DNA of 55,831 bases, the filler included, from Catajapyx aquilonaris (Eukaryota), in NCBI GenBank assembly GCA_000934665.2. It is 2 parts of 2 records of this genome, joined end to end, with 100 filler letters (N's around TTAATTAATTAA, not from the genome) between each part and the next. Parts side by side here need not be neighbours in the genome. Positions count along the whole stretch, not along the records: positions 1 to 27,820 come from JYFJ02004998.1; 1 more part is not named here. The stretch is one strand, 5' to 3'. Shown here piece after piece: positions 12,253 through 23,440 of this stretch. Made by a program: the position numbers and the translations under genes. Numbering within the stretch: position 1 is the first letter of the stretch; every line of letters starts with the position of its first letter. The notes below the pieces were generated by a model. That model saw only the letters and a program-made list of their open reading frames with translations. It searched no databases and had not been told where the DNA came from.

Positions 12253-12657
12253 GTTTGTGCTGAAGATTCCTTCCATCCGTTCCCCAGCTCTGTTAACTTC
12301 TGAAATGGTCCAGCCTGGGTTTGCTGCCCTCACCTTCGACATTTTGTGCCCCTTCTGCTGGCACCTTCCCCCTCTGTCCAGCAGGAGCTGGAACGTCACA
12401 GCGTGGCGCTTTCTGTCTGTCACGTCCATAGGCGTGGCACCGTGGAAGTTAACTTCATTTAGTGGCCACCCCAGGCCCAGAAGGTACAGGACTGCTTCTG
12501 TCCTCCCGGCCCTGGCAGCCACATGGAGGCCATTGTTTCCCCCATAGTCTCTCATTTCGGTCAGCCAGGCCAACCGCCCCCCAGTTTTGGCTGCCACTTC
12601 TCGGATCTTCGAGACTTGTCCTTCGATGCAGTACCTCAGAAAATCTTCTGGACTGAC
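12208..12657 (-). CDS. Ankyrin-repeat exon (about 2-3 ANK repeats)
   Basis: atgcag|VSPEDFLRYCIEGQVSKIR...DYGGNNGLHVAARAGRTEAVLYLLGLGWPLNEVNFHGATPMDV...FQLLLDRGG. An in-frame donor AAG|gtgagg lies at 12334/12333; read-through would stop at 12208. Confidence 0.8.
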   Translation of the reverse strand, partial: VSPEDFLRYCIEGQVSKIREVAAKTGGRLAWLTEMRDYGGNNGLHVAARAGRTEAVLYLLGLGWPLNEVNFHGATPMDVTDRKRHAVTFQLLLDRGGRCQQKGHKMSKVRAANPGWTISEVNRAGERMEGIFSTNNWKYSAIFKGTCFH

Positions 12658-12913
12658 CTGCATATCAGGAGGTAATTATACAGTGTAAGTACATACATAC
12701 ATAGACACCTGCACACATGCTGACATGACTTGTACATGCACATGCACCACGTACACATACATACATAGTCAATTTTTTCCGTATTAAAATTATTTCATAT
12801 CTTTCTTTAACAGACAATGGAATTATGTGACATGTCACGTGCATGTACTGTCTCAACCCTCACTTTCGTAGTTTTGTCAATTTTTATGCTAGGCATAATG
12901 TATGAGTAATGTA

Positions 12914-13420
12914 TGGACTGGCTCCGAGTGACTTTCAACTGTCTGGAACTTCGGATCCATGAAAAAACCCCTCCGCCGAAGCATTGGGAAAGTCTTTACA
13001 CGTTATTTTTGTGCCACAAATGCAGGGCTCTTGCAGGTCGGCCGACAGGCACACCTTATTGTTAGAACTCTCCGGAGCCGAATGCACTGGTATCATAGGA
13101 ATGTCACCCTCTCCTGTCCCTCCAGGATGCAAGTTTTGAAGGTGTGGCACAACTGCTTCCTGTACAACAATGTCCTAGCAATGGCTTCGCCGGAGGAGTT
13201 TTTTCATGGATCCGAAGTTCCAATCAGTTGAAAGTCACTCAGGGCCAGTCCAGGGGAGTAGTGCAGGTGTGGAAGCACCCAAATCCATGAAAAAAACGCT
13301 TCACCGATGGCATTTCCAGGACATTGTTGACTGTTGTTTACTATGAGCAGTTGTCCAGCAGAGGGTGCAACGACCACCAAAAAGTGGTTCCTAGAGGGCC
13401 TGCTCATGCTTCCAAACATC
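12914..13420. mobile_element. Mariner remnant with internal foldback (12914-13252)
   Basis: Minus-strand HYSPGLALSDFQLIG (YSPDL motif); inverted arms of about 70 bp. Confidence 0.65.
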
Positions 13421-14509
13421 ATATGTACTTCCAGAATCCTTACAAGTTGTCCAGTATATTATATAAAGCCCTTATACGAGGATATAGGAGGAGGAGGAGG
13501 AGGAGGAGGATATAGGATGAAAATGGCTGCACGGGTGCCGCTGGATAATCGGGAAATGGTCCTACATACCGCAAAAATGAGCTGCTCAGAGGTTTTTAAT
13601 TAACTACTAGTAATTTAACTAATAGTAAGTATTCCTAAGTTTGGTGTTCTTAATGCTCTTAAGTTGCAATGGTCATATTGGGCATCGCAAAATCATTGAG
13701 CCCTTACAGTCTGTGGGTAGCCCCATGAGACTCGCATGTAATTGTTCAAAATAATGAAAGCAAGTTGAAAACTGATAACCACTTTTTAAATAGGCCTACA
13801 CATCACACATGTATGTCATCTGTAAAATGATGATAATCTAGGTCCTTGAGAGTTGAGAGCTTTCAAATTTTTCCAATAAGAAAAGGCGTCAGAGGGCACT
13901 ACGTATGACACATTCGATTATTTCAATTTAGAGTAAATGACAATGGTGTATTGCTGGAGGCCAATTTTGTGTCACATGTTGTTTGGTGACAATAATTTTA
14001 ATATATTACTAGGAAAACTCTCGCTATGCTTGTATCATTCTCTGACACAGGCCTAGAAATCCAGTGAAACATCTGAATTTTGGCCTTTTTTGGGTACAGG
14101 GGGTGGGCAGGGGCAGGAAAGGGACTAGTGCAAGGCCCCTACACCAAAATTTGGCCAAAATTTGGATGTTTCTGTCGCACATATCTTGGAAATGACCGAA
14201 CAACAAAATTTAGAGGACTTCCACCACTGTGTTTATGGCACAGGATTGACCCCTCAAACGAATTTCAGCCAAATCAGAGGGGGACGGGTTTGGTCATTCC
14301 CTTATAAGTTAATGTTCCACTCCACTCTTACAGCATCAAGATGGAGGTCAGCTGAGAGGAACAATATTCACCGTTGAAGCTGTGCTTCCTTCTTCAGAAA
14401 ACAGAGAGAGACAGTTAACGGCATGCTAAAAGAGGCGTATGATGAAGACGTGTTCCACAGCATTACGAAAGCACAAAGAGTTCAGTGAGGCCAGTAGTCA
14501 GCTTTCAGA

Positions 14510-14677
14510 GGGTGGATTGCAAAGACAGAGTTTAAACCGCCGCTCAGTTAGATCCGGGTTTAAACCAGGGTTACGCTTGGAAAGACGGGGTTTAGCCCAC
14601 GATTAGCATGGAGAGAGGTTTAAACCACGGCTCAATTAGATCGCTGTTTAAACAGGCCACGTCTCTGCAATCCACCC
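14510..14677. mobile_element. Small MITE (PIF/Harbinger-like)
   Basis: TIR gggtggattgca / tgcaatccaccc with internal gtttaaac motifs; TSD unclear. Confidence 0.6.
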
Positions 14678-14914
14678 AAAGAGACAGATTTGCAAATAGT
14701 TCTGTTTCTGCACTCGCATCTGTTAAAGATGAGGCTGTTTATATCAGGAGTCAATAGTACTATCAAACATCAGTAGAAGAAAGTAGAATCCATCATTTAT
14801 ATTCATTACTTGGTATTATCACCCAGGAAAGGTCCGTTGTCAGTATTGAAGGCTATTAAGACTCATTGAGATCAGAAGAATCTAGTGAAAACAAGTTCCT
14901 TTAAAAATGGCATC

Positions 14915-15289
14915 CTATTTCCAATTAGGGTCACTTACCATCTCGTAAAAGACCTGCTGGGCCCTGCTCAGCCTTTCGTAAAAGGTGCGCACATCTGGCG
15001 TGGAGTCCCACCAGTCCTTGAGCGCCTTGTCCACACCTGCCCCCGTCAAGTCTGGGTTTTCCCTTCTCATATTTTCCTGGTGTTCTTGGAAAAACACAAC
15101 ATACGGCATTCCTGGGGTAAGTCGAGGAGTTTCGGGCTCCTTCCCCTTCCCCTTCCCCTTCCCCTTCCCCTTCCCCTTCCTTTTCCCCTTCCCCTTCCCC
15201 TTCTCGTACTCCTTCATCTCGTCCTCATAGCGCTTCTTGTCCTTCTCTGCGAGCTCATAGTAGGGCCTTCGCTGGACATCTGTCAGAGT
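14915..15289 (-). CDS. Divergent HMGB-like protein, exon B (box 1 helix 3, (KG)n linker, HMG box 2)
   Basis: cttcctcag|TLTDVQRRPYYELAEKDKKRYEDEMKEY-EKGKGKGKRKGKGKGKGKGKGK-EPETPRLTPGMPYVVFFQEHQENMRRENPDLTGAGVDKALKDWWDSTPDVRTFYERLS...; stop at 14915. A strong internal donor ATG|gtaagt lies at 14939/14938. Confidence 0.85.
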   Translation of the reverse strand, partial: TLTDVQRRPYYELAEKDKKRYEDEMKEYEKGKGKGKRKGKGKGKGKGKGKEPETPRLTPGMPYVVFFQEHQENMRRENPDLTGAGVDKALKDWWDSTPDVRTFYERLSRAQQVFYEMVSDPNWK

Positions 15290-15706
15290 CTGAGGAAGTC
15301 ATATAATTATGGTATTAAAATGATTGAGAGCTATGGGAATACAGCTATAAAGAAAATAGAGAAGACATCCACCATCATATAAAAAGCCAAACCTTTGCTT
15401 TGCAGAACAGGGTCAAATCTTAAAACTTTTTGTCCATATGCAAAACTCTCTAGACTTACATCTGGAGTGCAAATTGCTTGCTTGCAGTGCTTAATTTTTA
15501 ATTACTGGATTTAGCCTTGGCACTCCATGGCTCACTTTGGAGTGCAAATTAGACCATTTGATTCGAATACTGCGACCCCTGGTATAAAGAACATCAGAAG
15601 CACAAAGGAACTCATCACCAATGATCAGATAATATATACAGTGTCTACCCAAGGCCACAGTCTGGAAGTTTCCTTGTATGCCCCTGCATCTCCCTCTCTT
15701 TTCAGG

Positions 15707-15929
15707 TGCGCTTAGCAAGTCCCCTATCCCCGGATGTGGAGTCCCGCATACCCGGATGTGGAGCCCTGCACCAAATCGCATTCGGGTAACTGTTGCTGTG
15801 AATCTGCAAACTGGAGCTGAATGGGATTTGACGCTGTAGGTAAGTCCAGTACGGTTCAGAAGGCGTCTGCCTGAATGCGTTTTGGTTCAGGGCTCTACAT
15901 CCAGGGATAGGGGACTCGTTAAGCACACG
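15707..15929. repeat. Imperfect inverted repeat / MITE
   Basis: gtgcgcttagcaagtcccctatccccggatgtggag pairs with ctctacatccagggataggggactcgttaagcacac. Confidence 0.6.
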
Positions 15930-16409
15930 GCCTTCCCCATATGGCCAGATAGGGACTTGCGGGGGGCTGGGGGATGGATTACGATGGCTATTTGGAAACC
16001 AACCACCGGCAGTAATAAAATCTGAGGATGCGAATTGAGGTGACCTGATAGGGTCACACTGTACCAACCTACCCTGTGACCTAACTCTCCTTCCTTGCGG
16101 ACACACGTTCAGCATCCAAAAGCATGAGTTCAAAATTTCATATTGGTTTTCAGAACAGTTCCCGAAATATACTCATTGAAAGCGATGGAAGAAGTGCATC
16201 TTCCTGTGATTGTGATTTTGGTACCCCTTAAAAGAAATATTAATTTCTCGATAACTAAATTTAATCTCGTAAAACTGATTACTCCATAATTATAGAAGTT
16301 CAATTGGATGTGGGTTTCACATATATTTTTTTTCAACAAAATCGAAGACCATGACTGGACACCCTCTGTCTGAATTGAAATGGAACCAGCCAACTAGGCT
16401 TTATTTTAC

Positions 16410-16444
<35 letters not shown>

Positions 16445-18065
16445 CCCCTTATAGAGCTGCGCTCTTTTCGGGGGACACCACCACGTATACTTCGGATGTA
16501 ATTTGAAGGGCAAACAACTAGGTGACCTTGAGGTAGCCAGAGACCACTAGGCCACAGAAGAAGTCAGTCGCAGCCTTCCCCTTCTCGAGGGCCCTTTCTC
16601 TACCCTTTCAGTCATTTGTGGCAGAAGTATGCAGATTTCGCCACCTTGATTTTAACGGAATGAAGTACTATCCTTTGTGTGTATGTTCCTGGACTTAACT
16701 CAACTTTGACATATTTTGTGGGTTGAGACTTGACCCATTATCGCTTATATAACACTGCCCACTTGTGACATGCCTCATATGAATCAAGTATGAAAACAAA
16801 GGTTTTCGAAACCTTAGAATTCATATTTGCGCAAGAGCAGCCACATATGACAGGAGTTGTAACCCATACAACTCCTGTCACCAAATATGGCTGCTCTTGC
16901 TCAAATACATCACTAATTCCTAATTGTTGGGATCTAAATACTTGGACGTGACAGAGCATGTGACCAATATAATGCTACGCAGGTTTTTCTGATTACATTT
17001 TATAGGAAACCTAATTCCATAGGCGCATTCTCCCCGCGGTTCTCTTTTATTTGATGCATGATTAGGTGGATTGGGTGATTGGGTGTACCTGACCAGTCAC
17101 CTTAGGATTGTCATATTCGGTCAAAAGAGATGACAAGGTGTTGTACACCATAGTGTACAACACCCCTTGTCATCTCTGAACACTGCATATCAAGTTTCAG
17201 CCAAATTGCGAAATACCATAGGGAGGGAAAAAATCAATGAAGTTTGGAAATGGTGCCTTTTTTGATATTTTTTTTATATAATTTTTTTCAGTTAATCATT
17301 AGTGGAAGTGGTTGAAACCCAATCATACATACATACGTAACTTCACGGCATTGTCCCAAAAATAGGGTAGCCAGCAATGACATGCATGCATGTCATTGCT
17401 GGCTACCCACTGGCAACCACTTCCACTAACGACTAACTGAAAAAATTTATCCAAAAAAGGCCCCATTTCCAAACTTCCGCGATTTTTTCCCTCCCCATGG
17501 TATTTCGCAATTTGGCTGAAACTTGATATGCAGTGTTATGGCATAGCATAGGTGTGAATTTTTAAACCGAAATCCGAGATGATCTAGTAACATTTAGGCC
17601 CACTTGATTGGGAATAAACCCTTTATTGAGGATTTTTGTTTTTTGACTGTCACGAGGCCAAAAACAAATTGCAGACAAAATTAATGGTCATTATGCATTA
17701 CGAGTGACCTAAGGAACATGGAACTAGCGATGAATTTCCATGGACAGAAAAAATGTTATTTTTGTTGCAAGTGTAATCAACCACCCTCATCCCCTTACAT
17801 TGAACACTCATGATATCAGGTAGTGGTTCTGTCGGGGGGTTGTGGAGGTGGTGCTGGTGNATGCAAAATGCAGTGTGATGCAGTGTGATGGCCAAAATGT
17901 TTTCCACATCCACGCATTTTGATTAGACAGCTCATCTACCACCAAATGATACAACCAGCCAGTTATTCCTTTAGCCTTAACACATGAGGCCACTGCTTCT
18001 GTCACAAAATTTGACATTAACCAATCCCTGTATGTGCTGTTCTCAGTCAAAACTGACATAGATCA

Positions 18066-18310
18066 GGGGGAGGCGCAGTGGCCGAGTCGGTAATGACGCG
18101 GCTTGCTGAGCGAAGGTCCCGGGTTCGATCCCCACCCGTGAGCTCCTTTTCACCTGCGTCGGGAGGGTCACTGACCCGCGCCTAGGAGGTGTCTGGCAAC
18201 CTAACCTCCAGGGAGACTTCACATGACCCAGGTATAATGACATCGCACCTGCAGCCTTGTCTCCTCCCCAGAAACCCCCATCCCTACCTCATATCCTTTC
18301 TTCCCTGCAC
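18066..18310 (+). mobile_element. tRNA-derived SINE (related copy at about 30225-30398, minus strand)
   Basis: A-box gtggccgagtcgg, B-box ggttcgatccc; shared ggaggtgtctggcaacctaacctcc. Confidence 0.75.
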
Positions 18311-18446
18311 CGGTGATGAAGAAAATTTCAGCAAAAGTTGAAGAGCTGTAAATTGCAACAGTGCAAGGATATGGGCAGGCCATAGAAAGAGAGGGCAAAG
18401 AAAAATCATATTCCTAATGGTCTTTCTTATCTGCCACCCTCCTACT

Positions 18447-18887
18447 CAGCACTGGATTGGCGGCAAGGCAACCTAGGCGGTTGCCTAGGGCGGCAGCCTT
18501 CAAGGGTCAGCAAATTAAGGCATGCAAAAATAAGTAAACGAAAAAATAAAAATAAAAAAATTACTCGACTGGAAGCAGCTCTGGATTTACCATTGGGCAG
18601 AGTATGAAATTGCCTAGGGGCGGCTGCAAGTTGCAATAAATATTTTTCAAATAGGCTACAATGGTAGGTAATAAAGGCGAAAATGCAAAATTTTCGCCGG
18701 ATTTACCACGTGGCAGAAAAGCCTAAGGGCCTAAGTCGAATTATAAATTTTTATATAAAATAAAATGAAATGAAGGAGAGAACTGGATTAAAAAATTTAA
18801 TTTTTAAGCGGAATGGGGGGCAGGGAGTGGGGAGCAGCGGCGGATCTCAACTGCCTAGGGGCGGCCGGGGTGGTAAATCCAGCACTG
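18447..18887. mobile_element. hAT-type MITE
   Basis: Ends cagcactggatt...aatccagcactg, perfect 8-bp TSD ctcctact (18439-18446 and 18888-18895), repeated gcctagggg. Confidence 0.88.
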
Positions 18888-19259
18888 CTCCTACTGTGGT
18901 CTGACCTAACCCTTGCACTCTTGCAATTTACATCTCTTCAACTTTTCCTGACGATCATCATGTTCTGAGTTCTACTACGTATATCCCCCAACTGCATATT
19001 TTGCAGGAGGAGACTCACCACCCTGTAATATTGCTGTCTAAATTTCAATAAGAAAATTCAATTTGTGCACTAGCATTTTACAACAACCAATGAATCAGCG
19101 ATGCTCATGTTATACTTGTTTTGATTATCAATTGTTAAAGCATGATTGAAATTATAATTTTTTGTTGCTTGTTGCAATATTCAAGGGCACGTACATGTGC
19201 ACAGTTGCAAAATCAATACTGTGACACACAGAAAGACCAAATAATCCTTGATTAATTAC

Positions 19260-19394
19260 CTCCCAAATCGCAGTGTATTGCGCCACAAAAAGCTCTTCGT
19301 CGACCACTACCCTGGGCTCGATCCGCCGGCCTATCGCTCTGCACTCTTTCAGAAAATGGTGCAGCGCACTCCTGGGTTCCTCGGGCGTTGACAT
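19260..19394 (-). CDS. Divergent HMGB-like protein, exon A (N-terminal part of HMG box 1)
   Basis: aattcag|GAAAAGG then ATG. Translation MSTPEEPRSALHHFLKECRAIGRRIEPRVVVDEELFVAQYTAIWE|gtaatt resembles HMGB box A helices 1-2, with an intron just after the conserved W. Confidence 0.78.
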
Positions 19395-20151
19395 CCTTTT
19401 CCTGAATTTAACAGAGAAAACATGTTTAGAGCAGTGTCGAACCCTTCAGATGTTCAGCTTCAGGCTGTTTTTTTGTTGTTTTTTTTCATATATTGCTGAT
19501 TGGATCCATAATTGTTAATTAGACTAAGGATATAAAACAATGTGATGAACCATGGCGCCCAAAGGAGTTTATGTGTTTACTGTAATGTACTGAGAGGTCC
19601 CACCCTGTATGTGGAGACAGGGAGGTGAAATAAATGATGATGATGATGACATCCTTCTCAACTCCTTGGACTGTCAACATAATATTGGAAAAATATACAA
19701 TACATTACATGTCATAAGTCAGACAGAAAAAACCAATCAATGCAGTCTCTAGTTGGCAATAAAAAATGCGGATTCTTTGCATTCACTAGTGCATTCAGAA
19801 AGCGAATATTCGTTGCTATAATTAGTTTTACGAGTGCTATAAGCCTACCTGGTGATTGGGCATGAGTTTCCCTTCACCCTGTATATCAGATCAAATTGTA
19901 ATTGTCGGAGCTTCAAAACTCAGCAATGGTCATCTCTGTATGTGTTACTGTTTTAGAATTTAAAAATAAGCGCCATGACTTATGAAACAACCCTCGCATA
20001 AAAACGCTTTTACAAATACTCTTATGATTTAGTAGATCATTTCGGAATTAATTACCATACTGTATATAAAGGGGTGACTTCTGACACTTATTGGCAACTT
20101 TTCTGCTGTCCCATGAAGACATATTGATGGAAAATTCTGAACGAATTAACT

Positions 20152-20420
20152 ATAATAATAATAATGGATACCCCATGATAAGCCTCCTTGGGCTTTTTTG
20201 GGGATCATCTTTTAATTGACCGACTTTAATCATTGCCTGCGCTGTGATGGATTTTGATAGTGGGAGGAAACGGGAGAACCCCGAGAACACCCACGCGAAC
20301 ACGGAGAGAACCCATCGACACTCTAACCACATAAGTATCCTCTGTCCGATCCGGGGATCGAACTCGGGACCTTAGAGGTGGAAGGCTGCGGCGCTAACCA
20401 CTCGGCCACCATGTCACCCC
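20152..20420 (-). mobile_element. V-domain-like SINE
   Basis: Same family as 2711-3032; TSD tgaa(c/t)gaattaact. Confidence 0.87.
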
Positions 20421-23278
20421 TGAATGAATTAACTTAGACAGTAGGACCTCCACATAAAGGGTGTTGGTACGGTACCTACTGTATCCCACAAGGGGCACAT
20501 TTTATACAACAGATATGAACACCTGTACTAGTATGTTAATTCCAAATGAGCATCATTGATGTCACTAAAAATGTTACACCCTCTGCGAAGGTCTCTGAAC
20601 TTCATCAATTTGCAACAATAACCTGGGACTGCACCACAAGACATGAATGTTGGTGAAAGGAACATATTTCAAATGTTTCTTTCAGCGACATTTATTTGAG
20701 CATGTATTTGACCTGGAACTGTTTCTTGATGCCTACTCACTACTCAGCACACTGGAGTAACCCTATACACTGAGTTTCTTTTCCTCCTCAAAAGTTAATA
20801 CAGGTTGCCCTTCGTGTTTCTTTGCATGTTTATTTCGGACCATGTCCAAAATGGTGCTGCATAGGACCTGGTCCTGTCACACCGCTGGGTAAGCAGTAAT
20901 TATTGCAACATCTTCCGTTACTCTTGCATAATCTTCCCCTTACAACATTACATAATTTAACCTTGTTTCTCGTACGTCACGCACAGGGTGGCCTCACCCT
21001 TCAACTCCTCTGCATCAGCAGAGAAGCACTTTTGTCATGATGTGGATGATAAAAGGCTAATCTGATGCAATCCATATTATGGCAATGAAAACTAATGTGC
21101 ATCGTCAGTGGCCTCAGGGCAGTAGTTTTTCGAGTGTGAATTCCATATAAACAGTCACATTTGCTTGCCCCAAGTGGCAGAGGATCCCAGGGCACATCAT
21201 CGAATAGACTCCGTAACGGCCACACTCTTTCTCCAGATGACGCCACAGTACGATCCTACATGTAAGCACTTGGTTACACCCCGTACTTATTTTACTGTGA
21301 TAATTGTGACTCGTAACTATATACTTGGTTAAACCCCATAATCTTGTAGGCCTACTAGTGTTGATTTACCCTACTGTTTCTTTTAGTCACAATTAACTAC
21401 TTGTTGTTACTTTAACTTGCGTGCAACTTCATTTTCTCAACCTGGCACATAGAAAACTAGGCTTCGGTGCAGTTTAGGGCCGCAAAAGTCTTGCAGGTTT
21501 ATATATATTTTCTGAATCTACTCGATGAGCTGAGTCGAATGACACTATAATCCTACAGTGTGGAAATGCTTGGTTCAAGAGAAATTGAATTTTGAAATTG
21601 AAAGTAATAACAATCAATAAATGAAAGTAAACAAGTATTCCTTTGTTGAGACTGTTCACTCCCATTGTTGAGTGAATAGTGATTCTCTGTGGAAGAGTGA
21701 GAGTTGCCATGGCAGCGTGCTGTGAGGGATGCTGAATGATGTAAATAAACTGTTGTTCTTGGTTCGTTGGACATAGAACGAGAGTGCAGGAGTTTAATTT
21801 AACATCATTCAGCGGCATTCATGGCAGAGGCATTGCATCGGTGCATATCTGGAATTGAGCAAGCCTTCCTGGAAGTAAGGAAGGAGGATGGTGTCTCCTG
21901 GGCCACTGCTAGAGGCCTCTTGCCCTCCGACAAGTGTTGCCGTAAAATGAATCCTAAGCTTTTTTTAATTACTCAAGGCAAGCCCCCCTCTGATTGTGTT
22001 GGTGTTATCTGTGACTCGTTGGAGTGACCGCACCAGTACTGTCCATCTTGTGGCCCTGCCAGGCTTGGTACATTGTCCATGTATGATAATTTTAGTTAAT
22101 TTTAGTTAGCGTAAGCGGAGCTACATGCTTATTGAGTTTTGGACATTTACTGTCCGTCTTGTGGCGGCGCAGGCCAACGAACGTTATTGTGGCTTTGCCA
22201 TGCCCACATCACTCAACACCCACATCTACGCCGCCACAAGGTGGACAGAACCTGGTTAACATATTTAAGTCAATGACAGTCCGTTTCTGCTGATTCTTTG
22301 CTGCCCTGATGTAAAGAACATTGCATTACTCATCAGGAACAGCCCGTTGAAGATCCCCAGTCCTGTAGTGTTGGTAAAGACCTTCCCCCTGCAACCCCGA
22401 TGTTATACTTATTCCTCCTCATGCCGAAGTCACCCCACAAAAATTACAAAAAAAAAAAATGCGACTTGGCGCGTTTTTTACGAGTGAGTTTTTTTGAGGG
22501 GGGATTAGTTATTTTACAGTAGGTATAGCAGCCGCAAAAATTTTTACATTTCGCTAGTACGCCCATGGATTGGTACAGGCCCAAGAACAACTCGACTCTT
22601 ATAGTCGCAGGTTGGCACCCCTTCCACGGCGCGCTTCTGAATCGCAGCACAAGATGAACACAAAAGAAAAGACGGCACCCGAGATCTGACTATACCGCCA
22701 ATTACTAGCTATACGATGAGAGTGTGAAAAACCCCATATAAAATCCCACGAGAAAGGCGGGGTTCCCAAATCAGAAAAGTGAGAGAAATCCGGCAAAGCT
22801 ACTTTAAAGAAAATAACTCCTTCGGGGGGCGATATTAGAGCGATAACTAAACCCTGACAATTGCAACACAATGGAAAAGGTGACATGTTGGCTATTCCTT
22901 TATTATCCCTCGAATTAATGTACCTTAGGCTAATCGACCCGGACTTGCAAGGTCCTGAAACGCGCACTTTCCTACCGTATATAATCTTAAACATGTAGAA
23001 GTAAACGGTATAGCACAATACCGCTGCTACCGTATTTACGTGTCACGTTAGTACGTCCGCTGATTAGGCCAGATTGACAACACTAAACAATACGGCCTCA
23101 AAAGGGCGCTTCTGCAGTCGGTGCACATAATCTCAATTTTTTCCCCCTGCCACCTGCTGCAACAAAGTCCCCCCCCCCCNCCCCCCCCCCCCCAACACGG
23201 CAATAGCTGCTCGATAAACTGTGGCCAAATGATGAGGCAGTTGTTTTTCTCCGCAAGATGAAATATAGAGGTACTTAC

Positions 23279-23440
23279 ACCTACTCAGCTGGATGTCTCG
23301 GCCCGATTGAGAACTGGAAATCGGGAACAAAGAGCGGCCCCCCCAAGAAGGAGGGCCTTCGAAGGTGGGGTGGAAAGGAGGAGGAGGAGCAGGAGGACTG
23401 GAGGAGGATCTGATTGGCTGAGGGCTAAATTCAAACCATA
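23279..23440 (-). promoter_or_regulatory. Putative promoter and non-coding first exon of the HMG-box gene
   Basis: GC/CpG-rich patch with a minus-strand CCAAT (attgg 23413-23417), TTTGAA (23430-23435) and a consensus donor gtaagt (23273-23278). Exon A has an acceptor 7 nt before its ATG, which implies an upstream UTR exon. Confidence 0.45.

Noticed and set aside
14885..15382. Plus-strand 165-aa (LP)n and 81-aa (FP)n ORFs
   Set aside because: Antisense shadows of the HMG exon's (KG)n repeat.
15702..16133. 143-aa ORF or possible structured RNA
   Set aside because: It overlaps an inverted repeat; no protein or rRNA signature recognised.
18066..18140. tRNA-like sequences with A/B boxes (also 28493, 32656, 52214)
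   Set aside because: They are SINE heads followed by body, tail and often a TSD; no complete cloverleaf was seen.
20770..20870. STILDMVRNKHAKKHEGQPVLTFEEEKKL on the minus strand, pogo-like HTH
   Set aside because: Short and surrounded by stops; at most an old transposon relic, too weak to call.
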